Shown piece by piece: positions 56,028 to 64,000 of a stretch of DNA of 64,000 nt. This stretch comes from a bacterium (lineage in GTDB: Bacteria > Arandabacterota > Arandabacteria > Arandabacterales > Arandabacteraceae), in assembly GCA_025774845.1 (NCBI GenBank), contig JALGZP010000004.1:1975-65974 (forward strand), in the 5' to 3' direction. A model generated the notes under the pieces. That model saw only the letters and a list, made by a program, of their open reading frames with translations, did not search any database and was not told the DNA's origin. Every line of letters begins with the position of its first letter. The stretch's first letter is position 1. Both the position numbers and the translations under genes were made by a program.

Positions 56028-56373
56028 CTCTGCCTTCCTTGAGGTCTTTGAGTATTGACTCGATTCGGGCCCCCTTGACGCCTGAATCATCATAACGGAA
56101 TATCAGCTCGGGAATGCGTTTGATTCTCAGTCTTCTTCCCAGCTCGGATCTGACGAGACCCGAGGCACCGTCGAGGCATTCTATGGTCTTGGTAACATCT
56201 TCGGGACTGCCCATGACACTGACATAGATGTTTGACTGGCTGAGATCAGCGGCAAGCTTGACCCTGGTCACCGTCAGGAACCCAAGTCTCGGATCCTTGA
56301 GTTTGCGGTGAATTATGTCACTCACCTCTTCTTGAATCTGATCACAAAGCCTGCTGATTCTCCTGCTCTGCAT
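55999..56373 (-). CDS. rbfA: Ribosome-binding factor A
   Basis: From ATG 56373: 'MQSRRISRLCDQIQEEVSDIIHRKLKDPRLGFLTVTRVKLAADLSQSNIYV'. The Arg/Cys-rich upstream extension of the ORF is unlikely to be real. Confidence 0.9.
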   Translation of the reverse strand: MQSRRISRLCDQIQEEVSDIIHRKLKDPRLGFLTVTRVKLAADLSQSNIYVSVMGSPEDVTKTIECLDGASGLVRSELGRRLRIKRIPELIFRYDDSGVKGARIESILKDLKEGRDGESPEDDS

Positions 56374-56381
56374 GGCCGGTT

Positions 56382-56663
56382 TCACCTCAAATCGGTTTCG
56401 ATGTCTATGACGACGACATTTCTGTCTTTCTCTATCATGCCGACGACATTCGAGATAACCTGGTTCGCGAACTGCCCCTCGTTGGCAACGACGGCAACCC
56501 CGATCGTCGCCCGTTGCCACAAGTCAAAGTCATCCACTTCTGCAACGGAGACATTGAACTTGTTTCTCACCCTGTCCTTCAATCTTCTGAGCGCAAATCT
56601 TTTTGCTTTGAGAGATCCGCTGTCGGGGATATGCATGCTGACCCGGCAAGTACCTACGATCAA
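56382..56663 (-). CDS. DUF503 (YlxP-like) protein
   Basis: 93 aa with 'CRVSMHIPDSGSLKAKRFALRRLKDRVRNKFNVSVAEV'. It holds the canonical position between infB and rbfA. Confidence 0.8.
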   Translation of the reverse strand: MIVGTCRVSMHIPDSGSLKAKRFALRRLKDRVRNKFNVSVAEVDDFDLWQRATIGVAVVANEGQFANQVISNVVGMIEKDRNVVVIDIETDLR

Positions 56664-56672
56664 GTTAGGACC

Positions 56673-58832
56673 CTATGATCTCTGGACTTCCTCGAGGACA
56701 AAGACTTCCAGGACATCCCCATCCTGGAAATCGGAGAAATTCTCAAGTCCAATGCCACACTCGTAGCCCTGGGAGACCTCTTTGACATCATCTTTGAATC
56801 GCTTGAGCGAGTTTATCTTGCCTTCAAACACCGTCTCGCCCTCTCTCACCAATCTGGCGGAAGCGTTTCTGACAATCGACCCACCGGTCACAAACGATCC
56901 CGCGATAGTGCCCACACGGCTGACGCTGAAGACCTTTCTGACTTCAGCGCTCCCCAGCACCTTCTCCTCTATGATGGGTCCGAGGAGTCCCTCCATGGCC
57001 GCCTGGATGTCTTTGCTGACTTCATATATCACGTTGTAGCTTCTTACATCTACCTTCTCACGCTTTGAGAGCTCCTTCCCCTTGGGGAGCACCCCCACGT
57101 GGAAAGCTATCACGATGCCGTCAGATGCGGCTGCGAGGAGCACATCGGTCTCGTTGACGGGTCCGACACCCTTGTGGATTATTCTTATACTTACTTCTTC
57201 GGTACCCAGACCCTCGAGCACGTCGGCCAGGGCCTCGACCGATCCGTCCACATCACCCTTTGCGATTACCTTAAGCTCCTTCACCTCGCCGGCCTGTATC
57301 CTGCTGTAGAGGTCCTGGAGACTTATATGACCCCCACGCCTGAGGTCCTTTTCCCGCTGGAGCATCTGTCTCTTCAGCGCCACCTCACGGGCCTCCCGCT
57401 CATCCCTTGTCACCATGAATGAGTCTCCGGCCTGCGGCACACCCTGGCAACCAAGTATCTCGGCAGGTGAGGCCGGACCGACTAAATCGATGTTTCTGCG
57501 GCGCTCGTTGAACATTGCCCTGATCTTCCCGCTCCGGATCCCCGCTACAAATGGGTCGCCCAACACCAGTTTCCCCTTCTCCACGAGAATCGTTACGACT
57601 ATTCCCCTGCCCTGCTCGACTCTGGATTCGATCACGACCCCGCTTGCCCTGCCTTCCTTGGGAGCATCCAGGCTCAGGTCTTCAGCCTGGAGCAGAATCA
57701 CCTCAAGCAGATGATCGACCCCGTCACCCTTCTTTGCCGACACGGGAACCATAAGCGTCTGGCCGCCCCAGTCATCCGGATTCAGCCCATGCGAGGCAAG
57801 GTCCTGCTTCAGTTTATCGATATTAGCATCCGGAAGGTCTATCTTGTTTATTGCGACTATGATCGGCACACCCGCTGCCTTGGCATGGTCTATCGCCTCT
57901 ATGGTCTGGGGCATCACCCTGTCATCGGCGGCAACCACCAGCACGACAATGTCCGTCGCCTGCGCGCCTCTCGCCCTCATGGCCGTAAAGGCCTCATGAC
58001 CGGGTGTATCAAGGAAGGTTATCCGTCCGCCCTCGGTCTCAACTTCGTATGCTCCTATATGCTGGGTTATCCCCCCGGACTCCCCCGCAACTACGTTGCT
58101 TCTGCGGATATAGTCGAGTAGAGATGTTTTGCCGTGATCGACGTGTCCCATTATGGTGACCACCGCATGCCGCAACTCAGCCGGGGATCCCTCCTGCTCG
58201 ACAAGCTCGGAACCGTATTCCTTCACGAAGTCAACCGTGAAACCGAACTCATCCGCTATCGCCCCGATGGTGTCCGCGTCGAGCCTCTGATTGACAGTCG
58301 TCATCACGCCCATACGCAGACAACATGCGATCACGTCGGCAGGTTTTGAACTCATTGCAGCAGCCAGCTCGCTGACAGATATGAACTCGGTGATCCGAAG
58401 GGTCTTGGTATCTACTTCGACGACCTCTTCTTCCGGGCGCAGGCGGCGCTTCTTCTTCCTCGCCCTCTTGCCACCGTCAAGTCCTGCAACTACTTTCTTT
58501 ACAGTCTCCTTGACTGTTTTCTGATCGGGTACGCGCCTTCGGAGGCCTACCTTGCGCGGTGGCTCCGCCACCTTCTTCTGCCCGGTCTTCTTCTGCTCGG
58601 CCTTCTTCTTCTCGGCCCTGCTTTCCTCGATGATCCTCTTCTTGCGTGCAACTTCCTTCTTTACTTCTTCCTTCTCTTCCCTGAGCTTCTGCGTGAGTGC
58701 CTCAACCGTCTCGTCATCGATTGCACTCATATGGCTCTTCACGGTGTGATCCATACCGCGCAGCATCTCAAGAAGAGCTTCGCTGGACAGATTGAATTCG
58801 CGTGCAACCTGATAGATTCTCTTCCTAGGCAA
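56673..58832 (-). CDS. infB: Translation initiation factor IF-2
   Basis: G domain '[12 protein letters not shown]', 'DTPGHEAF' and 'NKID'. TTG 58832 is preceded by GGAGG at 8-nt spacing, giving the N-terminus '[16 protein letters not shown]'. The ORF track extends to 58910. Confidence 0.95.
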   Translation of the reverse strand: MPRKRIYQVAREFNLSSEALLEMLRGMDHTVKSHMSAIDDETVEALTQKLREEKEEVKKEVARKKRIIEESRAEKKKAEQKKTGQKKVAEPPRKVGLRRRVPDQKTVKETVKKVVAGLDGGKRARKKKRRLRPEEEVVEVDTKTLRITEFISVSELAAAMSSKPADVIACCLRMGVMTTVNQRLDADTIGAIADEFGFTVDFVKEYGSELVEQEGSPAELRHAVVTIMGHVDHGKTSLLDYIRRSNVVAGESGGITQHIGAYEVETEGGRITFLDTPGHEAFTAMRARGAQATDIVVLVVAADDRVMPQTIEAIDHAKAAGVPIIVAINKIDLPDANIDKLKQDLASHGLNPDDWGGQTLMVPVSAKKGDGVDHLLEVILLQAEDLSLDAPKEGRASGVVIESRVEQGRGIVVTILVEKGKLVLGDPFVAGIRSGKIRAMFNERRRNIDLVGPASPAEILGCQGVPQAGDSFMVTRDEREAREVALKRQMLQREKDLRRGGHISLQDLYSRIQAGEVKELKVIAKGDVDGSVEALADVLEGLGTEEVSIRIIHKGVGPVNETDVLLAAASDGIVIAFHVGVLPKGKELSKREKVDVRSYNVIYEVSKDIQAAMEGLLGPIIEEKVLGSAEVRKVFSVSRVGTIAGSFVTGGSIVRNASARLVREGETVFEGKINSLKRFKDDVKEVSQGYECGIGLENFSDFQDGDVLEVFVLEEVQRS

Positions 58833-59148
58833 TAGGATCACCTCCGGTACAGCTACAACATATAACACCTTTGCCGCATGCGCCGTCAAGACTGTTCTGT
58901 CCGGACACATCGCGCATCAGGGCAGCAGACTCCAGATCGCTGAGCGATCTTCCCAGAAATCTCTTCATTCGGCCACCCTTAACGGCTCTGACCAGGCAAT
59001 CGACATCCCTGCAAAGATAGAAACCCCGGCCCTCTATGTCTCCGATCTCAAGACCGTTCTCAGTAGAAACGAGTCTCAGGAGATCATGCTTCGGCCGTTG
59101 CTTACGGCAACCGATGCAGGTCCTCACAGGCACGTGCCCTCTTCTCAC
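58825..59148 (-). CDS. ylxR: YlxR/RnpM-family RNA-binding protein (DUF448)
   Basis: 'VRTCIGCRKQRPKHDLLRLV...GRGFYLC' signature. It lies between nusA and infB. Confidence 0.88.
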   Translation of the reverse strand: MRRGHVPVRTCIGCRKQRPKHDLLRLVSTENGLEIGDIEGRGFYLCRDVDCLVRAVKGGRMKRFLGRSLSDLESAALMRDVSGQNSLDGACGKGVICCSCTGGDPIA

Positions 59149-60734
59149 CGGTCCTCCTTGGCTGTGGCATCGCCTTCTTCAACCGCTTCCGCTGTGGCCT
59201 CGCCTTCGGTTTCGACTGCAGGTTCGGCTATATCTTCAGGTTCTTCCTCTATCTCGTCTTCCTCGGCTGCAGCAGCAGCTTCAGGTTCCTCCTCTATCTC
59301 GTCTTCCTCATCGTCCTCGGCGGCATCTTCGATCTCTTCTTCCTCGGCTGCAGCGGCGGCTTCCTCTTCCGCGATCCGCGCTTCTTCGGCGAGCCGTTCT
59401 TCCTCAGCAAGCCGCTCTTCTTCAGCGGCCCTCTGTGCTGCTCTGTCAGCCAGGAACTGTTCTTTCAGTTCATCGATCTTGGCCCTGGCGGCATCCATGA
59501 CCTTGCCGGCGGTCTTCTCACCTACACCCTCGATGGCTGTAAGATCCTCAACACCGACTCTCACGATGTCATCAGCTGTCTCATACCCAGCGGCCACAAG
59601 CTTTGCCTGCATCTTCGCACCGATACCAGGTACGTCCGCGAGAGGGATCCTGGACATTTTCCTGAATTCAAGCCGCTCACCGTACTGCGACTCATTGATC
59701 AGATCGATCTTGAGGGTTGTCAGTTTGGCCGCGAGCCTCGCGTTCTGACCGCCCTTACCTATTGCAAGTGACAGCTGATCATCAGCCACCACCACCGTTA
59801 CCTTGTTGTCCTTGGCATCGAGCTCCGCATGAACGACCTTAGCGGGGCTCAATGCCCGTGTGACAAAAGTTATGGACTCATCGCTCCAGAGCACGACGTC
59901 AATCCGCTCGCCGCCGAGTTCCCTGACGACGGTTTGAACGCGGGATCCCTTCATGCCGACGCAGGCCCCAACCGCATCAACCTTGTCATCATTCGAGTGG
60001 ACTGCGATTTTCGACCTGCCTCCGGGCTCCCTTGCCACGGCCTTTATCTCAACCGTCCCGTCCTTGATCTCAGGCACCTCCATTTCAAATAACCTTCTTA
60101 AGAAATCGGGGTGACTTCTCGACAGGATGACCTGCGGCCCCTTAGAGCTCCTGGTCACATCTATGATGTAAGCCTTTATTGAATTGCCTTGCCTGAACTG
60201 CTCCCTCGGGATCTGCTCCCGCTGAGGCAGGATGGCCTCGGTCCTCCCGAGATTGACTATCAGACTGCCCCTGTCCACCTGCTGCACACCACCGTTGACA
60301 ACCTCTCCAATCCTCTCCTTGTATTCATTGAAGGTCCTGTCCCGCTCGGCCTCCCGGATCCGCTGAATCACGACCTGCTTGGCAGCCTGGATCGCATTTC
60401 TGCCGAACGCGGAAATCGGGATCTCCGTCCTTATCTCCCCACCGATCTTGATCCCGGCCTCCAGCTCCTGTGCGTCCGCAAGGCAGATCTCCGCCTCAGC
60501 CTCTTCAACCACTTCCACGACCGTCTTGCAGCAATACACCGTCAGCTTGCTATGCTCTTCATCCACCTCAACGACGATGTTGCTGTTCGCACCGAATTTC
60601 TTTCTGGCCGCGCTGACAAGACCGGCCTGAAGGGTCTCGATTATCAGGTCCTCATCGACATCTTTCGCTCTCGCGATCGATTTCAGCGCCTGGATCACTT
60701 CAAAGCTCATGTCCATAATAAGACCCTCACTCAA
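59145..60734 (-). CDS. nusA: Transcription termination/antitermination factor NusA with long acidic C-terminal tail
   Basis: N-terminal domain, S1 and two KH domains ('KGSRVQTVVRELGGERIDVV', 'IGKGGQNARLAAKLT'), and an HhH region. The last ~100 aa are E/D/A-rich with internal repeats ('EDEIEEEPE' twice). Confidence 0.95.
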   Translation of the reverse strand: MSEGLIMDMSFEVIQALKSIARAKDVDEDLIIETLQAGLVSAARKKFGANSNIVVEVDEEHSKLTVYCCKTVVEVVEEAEAEICLADAQELEAGIKIGGEIRTEIPISAFGRNAIQAAKQVVIQRIREAERDRTFNEYKERIGEVVNGGVQQVDRGSLIVNLGRTEAILPQREQIPREQFRQGNSIKAYIIDVTRSSKGPQVILSRSHPDFLRRLFEMEVPEIKDGTVEIKAVAREPGGRSKIAVHSNDDKVDAVGACVGMKGSRVQTVVRELGGERIDVVLWSDESITFVTRALSPAKVVHAELDAKDNKVTVVVADDQLSLAIGKGGQNARLAAKLTTLKIDLINESQYGERLEFRKMSRIPLADVPGIGAKMQAKLVAAGYETADDIVRVGVEDLTAIEGVGEKTAGKVMDAARAKIDELKEQFLADRAAQRAAEEERLAEEERLAEEARIAEEEAAAAAEEEEIEDAAEDDEEDEIEEEPEAAAAAEEDEIEEEPEDIAEPAVETEGEATAEAVEEGDATAKEDR

Positions 60735-61189
60735 AGACAGAGATTCGCACTCGAGATCGTCTCGAATGGAATCGCAATCACAGCATCACCTTCGGGCCGG
60801 AGCTCCAGTACATCATCCTGAAAGCTCTCGATCTTGCCCTTGATCTCGTTCCGTCCGTTACAACCCTCCCGGAGTCTGACCAGGGCCAGTCTGCCCACGA
60901 AATGCTCGAAATCCTGCCTGGTTCTCAGTTTTCGCTCAGCACCCGGAGAGGAAACCTCAAGGAAATACCGGCCTTGAAAGAAACCCTCTTCGTCGAGGGC
61001 CGGGCTCATGGCCTTGCTGGCCCTCGCACAATCATCCAGGTTCACACCGTTTTCTCTGTCGATGAAGACCCTGAGCGTCCGTCGCCCGTGCGACACCACG
61101 AGGGCTACCTCGACCAGATCATAGCCCAGGTTCGCCAATGCCGGTAAAAGGATGCTTCGCACCCTCTCCAGCAACTCTGATCGTCTCAA
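60731..61189 (-). CDS. rimP: Ribosome maturation factor RimP
   Basis: 152 aa with 'LGYDLVEVALV...RTLRVFIDRENGVNLDDC' and 'LEVSSPGAERKL'. TTG start. 4-nt overlap with nusA. Confidence 0.9.
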   Translation of the reverse strand: MRRSELLERVRSILLPALANLGYDLVEVALVVSHGRRTLRVFIDRENGVNLDDCARASKAMSPALDEEGFFQGRYFLEVSSPGAERKLRTRQDFEHFVGRLALVRLREGCNGRNEIKGKIESFQDDVLELRPEGDAVIAIPFETISSANLCL

Positions 61190-61210
61190 TCGATGCCCCC
61201 AGGCAATACA

Positions 61211-61236
61211 AATTGCAAAAGTGGGCTTTGCCCACT
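61211..61236 (-). terminator. Stem-loop with U-rich tail: sprA terminator and/or rimP-nusA leader attenuator
   Basis: The minus strand reads AGTGGGC-AAA-GCCCACT then TTTGCAATTT. It lies 54 nt after the sprA stop and 22 nt before the rimP TTG. A TTGCTT-17-TAGTTT promoter candidate (61244..61272) sits just upstream. Confidence 0.45.
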
Positions 61237-61289
61237 CAGGTCAAAACTACAACAGGCTGAAATCAAAAGCAAGCGAAAAACCGTGGGGG

Positions 61290-64000
61290 TTAGAAGCGGA
61301 TGAGAACTGAGGCATTCATCCCGATCGTCCGCCAGGTCTGACCGAGTTTCCGGTCCGAGGTCTGCTCGAACCTTGCATTTGCCGACCCCGTAATGTTCTT
61401 GCTGAAGCTGTAGCTCGCCTTGGGGACGATCCCGAATTTCCGGGTGTTCTTGTCTATCCTGTTTCTCGAGGTAGGGGTGGTCGTCATCGAGGATTCGTAG
61501 TTGAGATCGATGGTTAAAGTGAGGTTACTCTTGAACTTCAGCGTTCTTCCGGCCAGCGGAATGTACATTCCCTGCGGGGCGCTGAAAGAATGCCGTACCG
61601 AGAGATTGACGACGGTCGTCTTGGTCTCCTGAACGCTGCGCGTGCCCAGCAGGTTCTCGGTTTCACTGTTGGAACGTCTCACGTTGAACGTCGTCCTGAC
61701 CCCGTTATTCCATGTGGCGTCCCATCCGATCAGCGGCAACCACTCCGACTTGTGCACCTCCTTGGTCTTGGTCGAGGTGCCCTTACCATCAATCTGTGCA
61801 GTCCCCTTGTAGCCGATTGCGATTGACGAACTTTTCAGGATACCCTCAAGAAGCGACAGACTTGCCACCGAAGATACATTGCCCGTGACATCAGGCCAGA
61901 CCGACGTCTGACGGTAGGTCTTCGCTCCCGCATAGGTCTTGTCCGACCTGTCGTATCTGAATTTCGAATCCAGCGATATGGTCGTTAATGGCTCGAACTC
62001 TGTTCCGATGCTCAGTCCGCTCTTTCGCGTCTGGTCGTCGGTCCGCTGTCCACCGCCCGATGAGGAGACGTAAACGAGATCGTCAGCCGCAACGGGATCG
62101 ATTCCGAGTTGGTACTTCAGACCCGGGCGTCCCAGGAGCTTGTTGTACTTGGAATTCCTGTCAAGCACGTAGCTGATGTTCAGGTCGGGTATCCTGGCCA
62201 GAAGCACGCGGGTCAAAGACACTCCAGTCGTGTCATCAGTCTTCGGGGGCTCGACAAAAACCGATCCGACCGTCAGAAATAAGTCTATCTTTGATCTGCT
62301 CGAAACCGAAACCCGCCGCACGCCCGCAGGATCACCCTGAGCACGGTTCTTGGGATCCGAATTCTCATCGTAACTGACATCATAGCTCATGGTCGGCCGC
62401 ATCCACTTTCCGAAGGTGGGGGTTATCCTGAGACCGGTCCTCTGGTTGCGTGTCAACTCACGTCCCCATCCGATGCTCTGCGCTATCGGCACGTACTTAT
62501 AGAGATCGAGATCTCGCGTGGTCTTCAGGCTGTAATCGGTCTGGAGTACACCACCCGAAAGTGGCTTGAACGCGACATTGAATACACCCTTGATGTCCCT
62601 CGTGTACTTGTCCTCAGTGGTAACGCCCCGCCGTCGGTTGACTTTCTTTGCGTTTCTGGTCGAGCCGCTGACATTGACGGTCACGTTCTCCGGCATGTAC
62701 GAGATCATGTAACCCCTGTAGAGCCTGACCGTGTGCTTCCACCAGGGGCTGAAGTTGTATGAGATATTGCCGGAGTAGCCGTCGCTTCTGTCGATGAGCT
62801 CCGGCGAGATCCCACGCTTTCTTGAATAAGTGGCCCCCGCCGAGACCGCATCGAGCGTGAGGCGCATCAACAGGTTCTTTGACTTCCGTCTTCTTGAAAA
62901 ACCCAGCCTGTAGGAATCATCAACCGAGCTTCTCTCCTCTTCCTTGCGCTCTTCCGGTTTGAGGGCGATATCGGATTTGCTCTTGAGTGTAGGCAGGGAC
63001 TGATTCTTGTGGTAGCGCACGGAGAACGGCAGCGAGACTCCTGCATCAGGAAGATACCTGTCGATCGAGGTGGAAGCCGATATGCTGTAGTCCGTATCGT
63101 CGCTCCCCCGCCGTTTAGCCGAAAGTGTCTGGAACTCTGTGTCGGTGTGCCTGTAATCGGCGTTCACGTTTATCAGGTCGGAGAAGGACGCGGCGACGCT
63201 TACTCGCTTGGCAAAACCGATATCCTTCCTCACATCTGTCAGGCGAAGATCGTTAAACCACACCTCTATGGCTCTTGAGCTTGTAGAAACACCGTCCTGG
63301 CGCCGGTTGACCACCCCCGACCCTATCCTTGTTATCCTCGTAATGGACGGTTCGCCGTAGACTGCGATCCACCCGTCTCCGGTGTCGAGGGGCCGCTCCC
63401 TGTACAATACCTTCCTTGGACTGCCGTATAGATCGACCCTGACCGTGTCATCGCTGCCTTTGAGATTGGTGATGTCATCAAGCGGAATCTCGATACTCTG
63501 CCAGCCGGGCCTGTCGGACCCGAGGTTCTGCAGTGAGGAATCCGCCCGCACACCGTACTCATAGAAGTTCACGCTGTCCGACCCGATTCTGACGAACAGG
63601 TATAACGACTCGGACGATGCAGCCCCGTCGGCATGAGCGTAGAATGCCAAACTCTGATAAAGAGTGTAGTTGCTTGCCTTCCCGGGTATCAGTCTGTAAA
63701 CCGATCCGGAGTGGCCGGCCCCGAGATTCCTCATACTGAATACGAGCGACTGTTCCCTCTTCCTGTATCCCTCAGGGTCCTTGCCGGGATCATAGGGCGG
63801 ATCATAGTCCGGATCGTCACGAGTGTTCTTCGCGGAAATCTCGAATGTCTCCTCAGGAGGAACGTCGGCCCGGAGCATGTCATCTTTGGTCCGGATCCCC
63901 TCCTCAAGCCAGCTTGCTCCGGCGATCTGCAGGTATGCAACCTGGAAGACAGCCTGCGAATCGACGCCGGTGAAGAAGAACCTGAGGTACTTGATCGACC
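61290..64000 (-). CDS. sprA: T9SS outer-membrane translocon SprA/Sov, C-terminal ~900 aa (5' end beyond window)
   Basis: The frame stays open from ATG 63878 to the window edge. 'YLFVRIGSDSVNFYEYGV', 'WQSIEIPLDDI' and long beta-strand-rich sequence end in 'MNASVLIRF' (terminal Phe), as in SprA-family proteins. The call is from memory of the family. Confidence 0.7.
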   Translation of the reverse strand, partial: SIKYLRFFFTGVDSQAVFQVAYLQIAGASWLEEGIRTKDDMLRADVPPEETFEISAKNTRDDPDYDPPYDPGKDPEGYRKREQSLVFSMRNLGAGHSGSVYRLIPGKASNYTLYQSLAFYAHADGAASSESLYLFVRIGSDSVNFYEYGVRADSSLQNLGSDRPGWQSIEIPLDDITNLKGSDDTVRVDLYGSPRKVLYRERPLDTGDGWIAVYGEPSITRITRIGSGVVNRRQDGVSTSSRAIEVWFNDLRLTDVRKDIGFAKRVSVAASFSDLINVNADYRHTDTEFQTLSAKRRGSDDTDYSISASTSIDRYLPDAGVSLPFSVRYHKNQSLPTLKSKSDIALKPEERKEEERSSVDDSYRLGFSRRRKSKNLLMRLTLDAVSAGATYSRKRGISPELIDRSDGYSGNISYNFSPWWKHTVRLYRGYMISYMPENVTVNVSGSTRNAKKVNRRRGVTTEDKYTRDIKGVFNVAFKPLSGGVLQTDYSLKTTRDLDLYKYVPIAQSIGWGRELTRNQRTGLRITPTFGKWMRPTMSYDVSYDENSDPKNRAQGDPAGVRRVSVSSRSKIDLFLTVGSVFVEPPKTDDTTGVSLTRVLLARIPDLNISYVLDRNSKYNKLLGRPGLKYQLGIDPVAADDLVYVSSSGGGQRTDDQTRKSGLSIGTEFEPLTTISLDSKFRYDRSDKTYAGAKTYRQTSVWPDVTGNVSSVASLSLLEGILKSSSIAIGYKGTAQIDGKGTSTKTKEVHKSEWLPLIGWDATWNNGVRTTFNVRRSNSETENLLGTRSVQETKTTVVNLSVRHSFSAPQGMYIPLAGRTLKFKSNLTLTIDLNYESSMTTTPTSRNRIDKNTRKFGIVPKASYSFSKNITGSANARFEQTSDRKLGQTWRTIGMNASVLIRF

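Noticed and set aside
59160-59420. GA-rich direct repeats at the 3' end of nusA as a possible separate repeat element.
   Set aside because: They are in frame and encode the acidic E/D/A tail of NusA (EDEIEEEPE twice, AEEERL twice). This is low-complexity coding sequence, not a mobile or regulatory repeat.

Overview
This is a 64-kb chromosomal window from a moderately GC-rich (by eye, not computed) Gram-negative bacterium. A partial T9SS translocon gene (sprA) and a peptidase with a T9SS/FlgD-like C-terminal sorting domain suggest an FCB-superphylum-like lineage; this is inference only. I call about 50 protein genes and one tRNA-Trp(CCA). I saw no rRNA, CRISPR array, transposase, integrase or prophage. 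From 49.5 to 61.2 kb the minus strand carries the conserved string rimP-nusA-ylxR-infB-DUF503-rbfA-nrnA-truB-ribF-rpsO-pnp-M16 peptidase. From 1.6 to 11.6 kb the minus strand carries hppA, an orphan XDH-family Mo-subunit, ilvC, trxA, a lipoprotein, cca, a PP-loop enzyme and an Fe-S aldo/keto reductase. From 11.8 to 18.7 kb the plus strand carries a block of exported hydrolases: a sulfatase-like enzyme, an M1 aminopeptidase with a T9SS sorting domain, an AP-superfamily enzyme and an omptin-like outer-membrane protease. From 20.3 to 38.9 kb the minus strand carries uvrA, a KamA-family radical SAM enzyme, recD2, moeA, an alternative sigma factor, a TPR-GAF sigma-54 activator, a DksA-like protein with a histone-H1-like repeat tail, trkH and a polyamine module. 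No complete new multi-gene system is demonstrable from sequence alone. The most unusual items are listed here. (1) Two near-consensus sigma-54 promoters, one in front of a sigma-70-family sigma factor gene just downstream of the sigma-54 activator, and one in front of an hsp20 gene; each has candidate upstream palindromic enhancer sites. (2) A DksA/TraR zinc finger fused to a 16-aa basic tandem repeat. (3) An omptin homologue with its catalytic residues intact. (4) A 22-bp perfect inverted repeat next to a Cys-rich small ORF. (5) An Ig-domain Na/Pi-cotransporter-family protein encoded next to an RCK protein. Functional calls rest on motif recognition by eye; no database search was run.
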